NCBI GenBank assembly: GCA_951406725.2
Contig: OX597818.1
Span: 100,502,001 to 100,566,000, forward strand
DNA: 64,000 nt
Source: Octopus vulgaris
Taxonomy: Eukaryota
Direction of reading: 5' to 3'
How positions within the stretch are numbered: the first letter of the stretch is position 1; every line of letters begins with the position of its first letter. A program made the translations under genes and the position numbers. Below are positions 51,029 to 64,000 of this stretch, one piece after another. The notes below the pieces were generated by a model. The model was given only the letters and a program-made list of their open reading frames with translations, was not told the origin of the DNA and did not search any database.

Positions 51029-51916
51029 CATATATATGAGTCTGTATATATAAGGTGTGCGTAAACGTATCTCCATATGTACGTATGTTAAATCGATTTA
51101 ATACAAGCTAAACCGATTTCAACTTCTATAAATTGCTGCAAATCAAAAGTCACCAAAATCATACCCACCGTTTGACTCACTCATTGATATTTGTCTTTGA
51201 TCTTTGCTATTTGGTAATATCATTGGAATTATTTGTGTGAAGTAAAGCAATTTATGTTGTACGAAAGTTAATTCATACATATTTAAGATTTATGTGATGG
51301 AAGGTAACAGGCTTGCTTTATAGTTACCAATGGAATCTATTGATGACCATCTTCTTCATACGTAATTCCTTTGATGATTGCACATTGCAGTTCTTGATAT
51401 GCAACTTCACTAGCAAACGGGACATATAAAATATTTCACTGGACCTGTCAGTTATTTCTGTACACGAAGTTTTTTCTCCTCGTAATATTGAGTGCATTTC
51501 ATTTCCATAACGTCCGTCTATCTCTAAGAAGGGAACCGCATGAATGACAAATAATAGTGTTTTCCATTTGTGAAGTGGTGGGGCTTTTCCTCTTTAAAGC
51601 GAATTTACATGGTCTTTGAATTGTCTCTCTGCCCCCACAAATCAACTGTAGTTAAGAATGATGTAGGTGATCTTAGGAAGAAGATAAGAGAAACAATATC
51701 CTATACTCTAATAGGCAAGTCTTTTCAGTGCATGTCTGTATAATCCTATTTTTTAAATGCGTTGTACGTGTATTCATGTGTGTGGTTTGTGTGTACATAC
51801 ATGTGTGATCTGTAACTCTCAGTCCTAGCGACGCACGGTAAAAATGGCTGCAAGTTAGATAAGAACATTTGTATACAGGCAGAGTGTCGCTAAGCCCCTG
51901 CAAAACCTGCTGTCGG

Positions 51917-52302
51917 AGCCCCTTGTGGGCAGTAAAGAAATGGGTATTTCGTCTGCCGTTAGGTTCTGAGTTCAAATTCCGCCGAGGCCGACTTTGCCTT
52001 TCATCCTTTAGGGGTCGATTAAATAAGTACCAGTTACGCACATATAATCAACTTAATCCGTTTGTCTGTCCTTGTTTGTCCTCTCTGTGTTTAGCCCCTT
52101 GTGGGTAGTAAAGAAATAGGTATTTCGTCTGCCGCTACGTTCTGAGTTCAAATTCCGCCGAGGTCGACTTTGCTTTTCATCATTTCAGGGTCGATTAAAT
52201 AAAGTACCCGTTACGTACTGGGGTCGATGTAATCGATTTAATCCCCTTGTCTGTCCTTGTTTGACTCTCTACGTTTAATCCCCGGTGGGCAATAAAGAAA
52301 TA
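51917..52302 (+). mobile_element. SINE family B, headless tandem array (tail plus two body units)
   Basis: GTGGG(C/T)A(G/A)TAAAGAAAT occurs three times; two occurrences are followed by GGTATTTCGTCTGCCG. Confidence 0.88.
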
Positions 52303-54322
52303 TATACATACATATGTACATACATATACAAACTAACTCACACATTTATATATTAGAAGCCTTGCTAACCGGACAGCTCAACAGCTCTTCTGTAGGAATA
52401 TTCACAAATCAGACTTTATCGAAATTTATTGACGATGATTTAGCCTTCCACGATGCTGACGTTCTATTTCATCTGAGCTTCGCACTGCATAACGCCCCCA
52501 AAATTATTTGATCGATGGCGTACAGGTTTGTTTCGATTTCCCTATTATTATGCTTTCGGGATGCAATGATGATATTTCCAAGATATTTGGGTTTTCGTGT
52601 TTACTGTGATAACCCAGCCATTGATTTATCTATTATATACGGCACGTCGGATTACATACTATTGATTTTGCTTTGTAATTCTCCTTTGAGTGCAGGTCTG
52701 GAATATTTATTTCATTAATTTAGTAGTCTGCATAAGTTGCTGATCTAAAGATGTCGTTTAGTGCGGTCATACAAAAGTATTAAAATGCTCAAATACTTTC
52801 AATGAATTATATCGTTACCAGATATATCAAAGGATGGATGTCTTCCTTGTTGTTCCTTCTACATACAGCTTAATATTATTTTCTCACCTTCCGCATTACC
52901 TGTGTCTCAATCTAATTTGCAGGATTGCTTATTTTTGTATGTTTGTTGTACTTTTTCGATCTCAGATGTTTATAGATGATTTATCTTTCTATTAATACCT
53001 CTGGCGTTTTTGTTTTCATAATTCTTCCATAATTACGGTTTGCAAATAATGTTTATGTGTGTGTGTTAGATATCTGTGTGTGTTTTTGCATGTGTGTGAG
53101 ACAATATCCGTGTATGAATGTATGTATGTGTGTATGTTGGTTGGATGTCTATATGTGTGCGCACCTGCGTGTATTGTTATATTATTACATTAGTCAGTAG
53201 AAGCAAAAGTTGTGTCTCACTGACAGTGAACATTCATCACCAGTTTCCAAAAGAATTACACAAATTAGTTTTTTAGAGTTACCAATGACTAGGTCTCGAA
53301 AACAAAATAACAGTTGATACAAGCTTCGTTTACTCTATGTAGCATTGAGTCTTCTGTACGCAAATGTATTGTTTAAATATATATGTGGCATATATAACTA
53401 TTTTTTGTTCTATATGATGAATTCTCATATGTTTGCAGTCTGGTTTAAGCCTATGATTGTCAGTGTAACCTATTAGTGATAAGTAAATATTCCGTAGGTA
53501 CAGATCTGTTATTATGAAACATGTTTTCACTGTCGAAAAAAATAAATTCTGGTTTACGTAGAAGTTTGAAAATAGGGAGAATTCATTACATCATCGTCTG
53601 AATACAAGTGACAACTGTATGAAATCCATAAATAAAAATATAATTAAATTATATCTAAATATGATTGTGCATACAGGGATAGGTATATCTCAAGAATGTT
53701 TTATGTTTTAAGAAAATTATGAGGATGTCTATGGCACTTCCGAAGACATGTTCGTCATTCTGTTACTCTCTTATTTTGAAAAGATTATTAAGGTAGTAAT
53801 TAGTATTTGAGATTGAATGTTGTTAGAATCTGACTCAGAATATATTAAATCTGGAGTAACGCAATACAGGAGTTGAGAAATACATAAATTGAAACAAGAA
53901 GATGTGAATGCATATCATGTTCATTAGAAAAAATAGTTACTGATAATCGATAAGATTTAAATTCAGTTCATCATATGTATACAGCTGTGGAAGTTGAAAC
54001 CATTTTCTCAGCGATATTTAGCACTACAATTCGCAAACTATCATCAACATCTCCTCAACAAGAAAAGAGACGGAAATATAATACCACGTTAAGGTAATGT
54101 ATAAAGCGTCTTTCTAGTATCAGAAGGCAAGTAAATAGTGTGAACTAGAAAAAGATACAAACACATGAGTGATTATATCAGCAATATATACTACAATAAA
54201 GGAAAGGAAAAACATCTGTGACATCCTGGGTAATATTGTGATTAACGTACTGCATCGCTATGGATCTGGTGAATAAAATATTTGCATAAAATCATTTGCA
54301 AATTATTTGATATATATATATA

Positions 54323-54544
54323 TTACTCTTTGACTCTTTTACTTGTTTTAGTCATTTGACTGTGGCCATGCTGGAGCACTGCCTTTAGTTGAGAAAATCG
54401 ACCCCAGAACTTATTCTTTGTAAGCCTAGTACTTTTCCCTCGGTCTCTATTGCCGAACAGCTTAGTTGCGGGGACGTAAACACACCAGCATCGGTTGCCA
54501 AGCGAGGTTGGGGGGGACAAACACACACAAACACACACACACAC

Positions 54545-54586
<42 letters not shown>

Positions 54587-54667
54587 ACGACGGGCTTCTT
54601 TCAGTATCCGTCTAGCAAATCCACTCACAAGGCTTTGGTCAGCCCGAGGCTATACTAGAAGTGCTTG
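54323..54667 (-). mobile_element. SINE family A, 5'-truncated
   Basis: Reverse-strand family A modules. Confidence 0.88.
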
Positions 54668-55170
54668 AGAATCGTTTGCACTGGACATCGAGAACATTTC
54701 ATTTCTGAGCATGTTGCCTTTGAGACATTCCCTCTTCATGATGATCTACGATTTGACCTCACTCAAATTCCTTGTTTAAGGCATTTTATTGTCTATTAAC
54801 TGTATCTACAACGTATTTTAGCATAAAACTCTGAAATAATCAACGAAACATAAGTTAACTTTGGACGTTGGTCTAACTCATAATTGGTTGCTTATAAAAG
54901 CAGTAACTGATGCTAAAGGATGGTCAACCAGATATTAAAACTAATGCATATTGTGAGATATACCGTAATCTGCCATGTGCATGAGTTTCATTAACATTGA
55001 GATAGGAGAACTCCAAAACATTGGGGTGGCCTAATACATTTGGCCAAGTCTATATATATACATACATAAACATACATAGGCATATATACATATACATATA
55101 TGTGTGTGTAAATGAATATATATTCCTACACTGCCAATCACACATCCATGCATACAAATATTTATATTAA

Positions 55171-55248
<78 letters not shown>

Positions 55249-55839
55249 GCCCTGTATATCTAATTATACTTCCAGACACACACAACACACACACACATAC
55301 ACCCACGCACATATGTGTGTGTGCGTCTGTGTATCTACGTTTTACGTATATTCATATGAAGAGCAAACTTATCTTTATGATTGTGTATGTTCCAGTGGGT
55401 GTATATTTGCATGTGTATCCATAACCTGTAAGCAATTCAACACTGAGTTGTATATATATATATATATATATATTTACGAATTGTAATGACGCTATCCTAT
55501 GAATCCATGTCTTTGCAATTGCAAATAACGCTTGCACGTACACATAAAATACATTACGTACCTGCAGCAGAAACTGCTATATGTAGGCGATATCACAAGC
55601 AGCCCTCACGTGGAAAGCTTTCAAATGCTGTCTTAAAACATCACGTATGACAACTGATAAACGTAGTAAATATCGGAGAAACTTGATAGATACTCACTCA
55701 ATAGGATTTCTCGTTTGGCACTGTGATATAACTGGTCGAGTTATGAATCTAGTATATTTGGCGAATTAATAATTACATATGGACAGATTCTACATGTCAA
55801 CTAAAATACATACATGCCTGCGCGTGGACACACATGCAC

Positions 55840-55882
<43 letters not shown>

Positions 55883-55914
55883 AGTACTTTGAAACACATG
55901 TCCATCGAAGTACA

Positions 55915-56070
55915 TCTATTATATAAAATCCGTTCTGTCTCTGTGTGTGTATGCGTCTTCTAGGATCACGGGTATCCTCCATCCCATTGCGCTCAAATTT
56001 CATATGTAGATACCGACGGTATCAGGGCGTGTGTAAGTCTTGAAAAAATTACAAAAATCGATTTGGTTGC
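55915..56070 (+). mobile_element. Probable Helitron 5' fragment
   Basis: A|TCTATTATATAAAA followed by TCTGTC/TG repeats, same style as 44841; no 3' CTAG end found. Confidence 0.45.
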
Positions 56071-56119
56071 ATATGTGTATGAATAAAATCGTTTTTCTTT
56101 GGAATAGAAAAAAGTCTAT

Positions 56120-57230
56120 CTTCATTTCTTAATTTGCTTGTCTCTGAAATTTACGATCCTAGATAGTAGAGTCTTAACTTTTTCAGCGTTGTCCGATAAC
56201 TGATCGTCGCAGGGACACGATTTTAGTTCTGTAGCTTCACTAGATGTCTTCGAGTTCTATTACAGTTGTAATCAGAGGTGTAAACAGTTAAGTATAAATC
56301 GCCACCAGAGAACCATCACCATTACATGTTTTCTCATTCTGAAAATTCTAGGATTCATCCATCCAGCCGCCTACGTTTCGTTGCCAACTCAGTAACATGC
56401 ACCTGGAAAGATACATCATTACTCATGTCAATGTCTAGGTCACGAACTGATTTTGATTTAGCGATTGCAATTCCTCCTGGGGTAGTGTATTCTGTCTACA
56501 TGTCACCGAAATTCATGTGCTAGTATTGCAGGGCATGAAATTTTGCACCCTTAAACTGCATGTTATTATCCTCATCCTACTGGTATATTTAGTCCAATAC
56601 GTGTTAAGGGTGCACAATACCTCTAGTGTTCTGTATCTTCTGACACATTTTTCTATCGTCCGCATGTCTGGGAAGGTTAGCTATCTGAGTAGCTGAAAGT
56701 ATGTCTAAAAGGGCCAGTATGTATAGCAGTATCCCCAAGAGACTGGTCTGTTTGACAACGCTCATTATTTGCGTTTCTGTGGAAAAATGCCCGTTAGCTA
56801 CTACTACTATCTGACTGTTCTATTTAAGAAAGTTGTGTAATCACATTCCTAATTGTCCGACTACGTCGAAGTTACACACCTTGCGATATATCGTATCGTG
56901 GCTAAATTAATGCATTTAGAAGGCTTTTAAAAAGTAGAGATAAATGACGTCTTCGTTTGAGTTGTTGGGCTGCTGCTTTAACACACTGTCGTAGTGTTGT
57001 AAATGCTGTGTCAGACGGCTTCTACCTAGTCGAAACCATGATGGGTGTCTTTTTTCCGCTTCAAAGAACGCAATTAGTTTCCTTCGGACAATTTGTTCCA
57101 TTATTAGGCTGACATGTGTTTGATCTGCTTCCCCCTTTATGAATAGGGCATATTATTCCCGATTCAATTTACCTGGGAGCTTACTACTTGTAAAGATGCT
57201 CTGAAGACGAAGATGCTCTGGTCTTGCACA
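56120..57230 (-). mobile_element. Older copy of the CR1-group LINE (RT region)
   Basis: ORF 56916-57101 MEQIVRRKLIAFFE..GRSRLTQHLQHYD..VIYLYFLKAF. Nucleotide colinearity with 41930-43050 (e.g. GGAATTGCAATC, GTGCATGTTAC, GTAGGCGGCTG). Confidence 0.85.
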
Positions 57231-57479
57231 CTTGTATATAAAGTGTTGCTATAGATGTTTATGTATACTATATACAAGTATTTGTCTGTATGTATGCGTG
57301 TGTCTATGTGTACATATCAGTACTTAGAAATACACACACACACATATCGCACTGTTTTGTATTGTTTTACATTGTACTTTATAGTTTAGTAATAGTATTT
57401 CGATAGAACTGCAGTAAATATATATATACGTGTTGGTAAGGTAAAGCATTTGATACTACACTAAATCCATTTATTGATT

Positions 57480-59340
57480 TTCTTTTGACATATGACTGAG
57501 GAGCACTGTTCGAGAAATACATCATTAAATGCTCCAAGTTTCCAGTGACCAAAATCAATTCTAAACTGGTTTGATTTTTGTCAGTGTTTCCCTTAATTCA
57601 TCTCCTATGAGGCCACCTGCATTGGTGTTCAATGTTTAGTCCATGATAAATTTCTACAGGCCGGTCTGCAATCGCTGAGATGTCTGCCAAAATTTCTCTG
57701 AAAGTGGCCTACACTTTCTCTTGATTTTACTCTTTAAATTTTGCTGCTTTAACTGTATTTTTGGGTCTTAACTGACTTTAATTTCATTAGTACTCAACTA
57801 GTCAACAGAGGGTCGTTGTTGGTCAGACCGATATGTAATGAAATTAGTGTTATCAAACTGTTTTTCCCGCAAAATTATGCTGCTATCCTGGTACTTTTGA
57901 AAAAGAAAAGAAAAAAAAGACAGCAACGCTATAAATTCTGTGAATTATTTAATATGAATTTACTTAGTTATTTTTTACTTACAATACTTGTACGGCCTGT
58001 TGCTCAGCGATAGAACAATTACCAACAAATTCTGCCAAGCGTTGATCAACAATTTTGGTGCTGAATAGAATATATCAGTAAATTTCCTCATCTTTTTGTG
58101 AAATCGACATGGACTTCTCTGCTAAACATCCTGGTGAACATATCGCCAACCTGATATTGAAGCTTTTTTTTTTTTGCAGCAAGAGTTTTAGCTCCAGTGA
58201 AAATGCCTAATTCGTATGTTACGAGGAAGGCCCAACTCTCTTGACTTTCAAATAAATACTGACCATACGTTTGTAGCTTGCTACTGGTACTTGGGTTCAA
58301 TCCTACGTGTGAAGTTTCTCTTACTCCTATCAGTCTTTCAACATATGACCTAATGCACTGTAGTCGTTGACATTCTTTATTTTTGTTCCATACTAGGAAA
58401 CATTTGGAAGTTGGCTGCCAATTAGACAGATTGTCAGTATTCTGTTTTCTTTGCATTAAGAAAGTCACCAACTTTCTTTGCTGCTATGTGAAGAACTTAT
58501 GTCTTGCTTCTCACAAACACCTGATACGTCGTTTGAACAATATCACCAATATACTTAAGTCCAAGCGATACAGTCTCAGCTGATGTGCTGGACTTTTCTG
58601 CATGATAGTAACGATTTTGCTTGGGATATGTTAATGACATCACTTAAGAGTGTTTTCTATTTGAGCCACAGGGAAACGTAGCTATGCTGTATCAAAGAGA
58701 GATTCTTGCTGCTCTTAAACTGCCTTAATTGTCTGTTTGCACAAAGCTTTGTGGATATTTGTAGTCGGCTCTGCCTCGGGCAAACGTATCTATGAAAAAG
58801 GGGCTCTTCTGTTAATATAAAATGGCTTTGAGACGTTCATTAATTCGAGTGAGGTTCGCTACAGCTTTTTGATTGAAGATTGGAATTTCCTCAATAACTC
58901 TCCTTAAGGTGCCATTCTATAGTAACCAGAATCCTTTTTACGTTCTTTTCTAGAATTATATCAATAGGAGATAAATTCTCACACTTTTGAATATGAAATC
59001 TGCATTTCTAAGTAATCGGAATAGTTGAAGACTCCGTAAAGCTTTTGGTTTTCTTACTTTATAATTCTTGCTACAAATGTTTAACCGATGTTCTGGTAAA
59101 ATAGATTTCTAAAGATGATATCTTGGTCAAGTGCCATCTTGATTCAAAAAGTGTTAGGGTATTTTCGAAGCTCTTCTGTATCTGCCGGCTATTTTGTTTT
59201 TACAAAAGTATCATAATCAGATTTAGTATAGCACAATTTTATTTCAGCAATGACAAATCTAAAATGCAGACGATAGGCATCTGGACAATAATTACTTTTA
59301 TATCACGCATTGCAGATCACTGAAAATGTTCTTATCCTAG
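57480..59340 (-). mobile_element. Highly decayed RTE-like LINE (endonuclease end through RT)
   Basis: Ordered remnants on the reverse strand: HFRFVIAEIKL (cf. SDHRLV.AKIKL), GLKYIGDIV (cf. LLKYGG), DNLSNWQPTS (cf. NYRPIS), CIRSYVE, SLETWSI (cf. YG.ETW). Confidence 0.5.
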
Positions 59341-60702
59341 TTAGTTGTTTTGGAGTTGCTAAACAGAATGCTTGTTTTTACTGTGGAAGTTTACCATTTC
59401 TTCAATTCTGGTGTTGATATTTGTGATTATGTCATTAAAATACTTTTGACAATATGTTTAACTAAAACGTACTTAGTATCATAGCGAAAATGGCAGCCTA
59501 TTGAACAATTGCAAGTTACAATCGAAGCAGCTATTTTGTATTTAATTACAGATACATCATGGATCTCTTTCTTCACATACCAGCTGTTGAAGTGCTTAAG
59601 GTAACAGCTTGCTGTAGAAATTGTAAATAAATTGTGACAAATATCACAAATTTACCATAAAGCTGCAAGACTGGAAACCGGAAATTAAGCAATACAATAC
59701 AAATACAGCGGGATTATGAATTAATATAATGCGATTACATATAGGATATCATTAATAAAGGTTTATTTATTCTTTAGTAAAAATAGACATCCGCAGGTAA
59801 TCTGAAGATGATTTGGCAGCAAGGATTGAGGAGTTTATTATTTCAGCAAATAGTCATTAGCAATCGCACACATCAATTTCCAGCTGCCGAAATTTAGAAG
59901 CTTATGGCTGCCTATAAAATTATAAAAGTATTATGGCAAGTATAGCTGAATTCACGTTGTGTAATAAGTTTGACGTTCGAGAATTAATAACTCAGGTATC
60001 AATGCAGAAGGATTATCTTATAAATATAAACGAAGAATTTTTTGTATCTTTGGATCGGTACGGAAATTAAAAATTTATACATTTTTCTTTATAATTTCTA
60101 TAAGAAGCTGTAAACATATGAATACTAGCTACTTGAAATGAGATAGTTATATTATCATGCGTTAACTTGGATTAAGTTTACATACAACACAATTCGTATG
60201 TTCATACCCAACATATGAAGGCAAGCTTCTTCACTGCTATTAATGGAATATTCCAAATACATATGCATCACCCCTTCTCACGAGTCAAATGGTTTTCCAC
60301 ACATTTCTTCACACACACACACACACACGCACACACACACTCACACACGCACATAAACACACACGCACATGTAATCCCACACACACATATACACACACAC
60401 GGTGGGCGTTTTCATAGTTTTATATGTCCCAGGTTCATTCAATAAAGCATCAGTTATACTGCGACTGCAATAGAAGATGCTTGCCCCAGGTATCAATGCC
60501 CAGGATCGAACCCAAAACTATGTAGATAAAAATGCGAAATTAGGGAACATATACAACGATGATTATCGAGAAAAATGCTTGCATTACTGACCTGTAAATT
60601 ATATTGTGAATTTTAGATTCATTCTGCTGGTTGTGAACAATAATTATGCTATAATTATAGACATAAAGTGCGCAGAAGATCTGAATGAGGGACAAAATGT
60701 GC

Positions 60703-61087
60703 GGAGCACCGCCTCAAGTCGAAAAAATCGACCCCATGACTTATTCTATCGGTCTGTTTTGCTGAACCGCTAAGTTACGGGGATGTAAACACACCAGCAT
60801 CGGTTGTCAAGCGATGTTGGGGGGACAAACACAGACACACAATCAGATGCACACATATATATGTTTATGTATATGTGTGTATACATATATATGTATATGT
60901 AGATATACATATACATATATATATATACATATATACGACGGGCTTCTATCAGTTTCCTTCTACCGAATCCACTTACAAGTCTTTGATATCGCGAAGACAC
61001 TTGCCCAAGGTGCCACGCAGTGGGACTTTACCCGGAACCATATGGTTGTTAAACAAGCTACTTATCACACAGCCACCCCTGTGCGTA
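60703..61087 (-). mobile_element. SINE family A
   Basis: Reverse-strand family A modules; a further degenerate head lies at about 60400-60530. Confidence 0.88.
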
Positions 61088-62199
61088 TCTGTATTATACT
61101 TAAGCCGATAAATCTTTGAGAGCTTCCTGTGGAGTTACTGCAATCTCCTTGGGAGTGCATTTGCATTGAGACACGTAAGAGTCAAGGAACAGAAGTTTAT
61201 AAGAAGCGCGAGAAAATGATCCCACCGTAGTGGTGGCATTGCTAAAGACACATTCCTGAGATTCGTCAGTAGCAAATATTAACTGTGACCGGAAGCTATG
61301 ACAAACTCATTCACTGGTTATATAGTAACACTGACTGAAATATCACTGATGTCGCACTTGAGTGGCGGGTTGACTAAGAATTGTTTATGAGCGACAGAAG
61401 CGGTGCTGATTCTGTACACCAATCTATATGCCATACCGTAAATAGCTGCTTCTCTAGAAGTTTAAGGAAGCAGAAATATATAGTAAGCAATACCAGTAAC
61501 GCTTGTGCATGATTTTCGCCTGGTGTTAATATACGTGTGTATCAGATGCTTATTTGAGTAAAATTTTGCAGTTTATCAGTCTTTCAACGTTGTATCTGCA
61601 TTAAGAATTATACACAAATTACTACTTCGAACAATTACTTCTGTCACTCATTATATATTTTAATTCAGTCTGCCGGCTAATTTTACTCACTGTTTTTTTT
61701 TCCTCCAGATCAATACCAGTTAATTTTGTCTTGGCAAGGGCTTGCCAGGGGATACAAGCTACTGAAGAAGCCCAGGCAGGTAAATGCATATATACATTTG
61801 AGCCGTTGTAGAAAATTTGCAAATGTAATCATAGCATTGGGAAAAGTAGTTAATAGAAAAGTATGCCTAAGTATGAGTCATGCAAGAAGAGATATTTAAA
61901 ACATGCCAAAGAAAACTCAAATAATTCTATTGTCTTCTCGATGTGAAGCTAAAAAGACATGTGAAACGTTCCTAAGTAGCTCGCCCTTTACAAAGTATAG
62001 AAATATTTCCTACTCATTATTCGAAAAGCAAGAAGCAAAACTAAAAGAACAATGCAGCGTTATATCACTAGAAGAGAGTTTTTTTTCTCAGGCTGATGTA
62101 CAACAATATCATATACATAGACATTGATAAATCATTAAACGTCTATGAAAAGTAAGAAACGATTGTAGCAGAAGATGCGGTAACACGGTAACATTAACA

Positions 62200-62419
62200 T
62201 TAGTAGCAGCGGTAACAACAACAACAACAACAACAACAGTAACAATAACAACAAACACAACAACAACAAGAGAACAAGAACTATAATAGCAATCTTTATG
62301 TACAATGTAGATATCTGAACGAGAAATATTTCCGTCTTTCGTCGAGGTTAATGATCAAAGAAATATTCTATTGTTCATACATTATGCCTCAAGTATTGGA
62401 AACGATAAAGTTTATAACA

Positions 62420-62474
<55 letters not shown>

Positions 62475-62530
62475 GTTATTATTATTATTGGTGCTATTGT
62501 TATTATTATTATTACTATTATTATTATTAC

Positions 62531-62591
<61 letters not shown>

Positions 62592-62790
62592 ATTATTATC
62601 ATTATTATTATTTTTATTATTATTATGATTATTATTACTATTATTATTGGTGCTACTGTTGTTGTTGTTTTTGTTGTTATTGTTGTCGTTGATGATGCTA
62701 CTGATGTCAATGTTGTTATCTAAAATGATAATAACAACTGTAGCAGCAGCAACAATAGCAACAACAACAACAATAGCAGCAACAACATCG
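62200..62790. repeat. (AAC)n and long (TTA)n trinucleotide tracts
   Basis: Direct reading. Confidence 0.92.
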
Positions 62791-62829
62791 ATTCCTTTAC
62801 CAATCATTACCAATCATTAAGGATTTAGT

Positions 62830-64000
62830 AAGATCGGGGGCAGTACAGAGCAATGCAGTACGATACATCCTGGGTTATATGAAGCATAAAAAAGAGACAA
62901 GAAACATGTATAAAGAAAGCAATTGAAACCATAAATATTTCCACCAAACCTGGGGGATTCAGTGCATTACTGGAGGAAACGCAACAATACTAAAGTGACG
63001 CAGATCAGTGGTGAAAATATGCACGCTATCTTGGTTAATCCACAGGCGGGGTGAGCAGGGCAAGCCATTCGATCGGACCAACATAGCAACATTCAACCAC
63101 TCTTCAAGAAATTTTCTGCAACGCAATACTTCACTTCCCTCCTACATTCCCCTTTTGAAACGAAATTTGTAAAAGCCTGTGAGGTTTTGGCAAAAGAGGA
63201 AAGTGTCCCTCTTCAGTATTTTCAGGCTTGTCCACCAGACAACTTCTTTCGCTAAGATCACCAGGCAGATAACGGTAACCTGTCTTTTGTCTTTCTCGCT
63301 GAAAGAAAGTAGCGAAGCAATCGCAATGCGCATTGATAGAAAGATCCCTTCACTATACGATAGCAAAATTTTGACATTGCAGAAATGTGTGCGGAAGTGT
63401 TTTGTTGTTTTGTGTACATCCTGAGCAGGCGCTCAGCTGACGGTATTTCCATGGTAGCTGATCTAATCTTGACGCCACGGATCCTCTTAAGAAAGCAGCC
63501 AGGCAAGAGATTTCTGGTAATTTTCCAAGAGTTTCTGCCTGAAGGTCTTCTCAAGTAAATCATCTAATTGTTTCTTTTAGATGACCAGATTCCACGTACC
63601 TTATTCTTTGGGTATTTCCGCGTCTGATATTGGCTTTCAGCAATTTAAAGTCAACCTTGCCAAGAGTCACGGTAGACCGTCCAGGCAAGCAATTATATGT
63701 ATTCCACGTTCCGGTGCTATTGATCTGTAATAATCGACAGATATGCAGTCAAAAAACTGTAAACATATGTTTGTAGTGGAGCAATATCTGTCCATTATAT
63801 TTTCACAAAAGACCGACTGATGGCTTTGTTACCACGTTGCGATTTTATCACTCGCGCAATTAAAAAGGGTCTTATCCCGTTGCATTTCAGAGCAAACGAT
63901 TTAGCACTGATAATGAAAACTTCGAGGTTTGCATTGAAGAGCAGGTAAAAGAATAATCTCAGTGAGGTGACTTAGGTTGAGATGTCCTTCACAACTTCCT
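62830..64000 (-). mobile_element. L1/Tx1-clade LINE, decayed ORF2 C-terminus and 3' UTR
   Basis: Reverse strand NYQKSLAW..SACSGCTQNNKTLPHTFLQC (CCHC motif)..VILAKEVVWWT..FYKFRFKR..FLEEWLNVA, followed by a T-rich UTR. Appears to run off the window edge. Confidence 0.65.

Overview
Very AT-rich, microsatellite-saturated animal DNA. The SINE set and (TA)n/(CA)n density suggest an octopus-type coleoid cephalopod (inference). There is one 100-N scaffold gap at 18918-19017. I see no intact host protein-coding gene, and almost all ORF-track entries are microsatellite translations. Recognisable content: about 30 tRNA-derived SINE copies in at least 4 families; three decayed copies of a CR1-group LINE whose 3' tail is shared with the main SINE; decayed RTE and L1/Tx1 fragments; an ORF1-only (half-L1-like) element inserted inside a SINE head; piggyBac, Tc1, hAT and Helitron relics; a nucleolin-like RRM pseudogene; and a tRNA-Glu fused to the LINE tail. 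The main unexplained signal is a set of short non-coding elements embedded in (TA)n tracts that carry type I hammerhead ribozyme folds. Five loci have complete catalytic cores, including U3-A8 and G3-C8 covariants. They occur as a direct-repeat 1.2-mer, as inverted pairs and as fold-back palindromes, consistent with a Penelope-associated, retrozyme-like system. All folds and alignments were done by eye; none is computed or tested.
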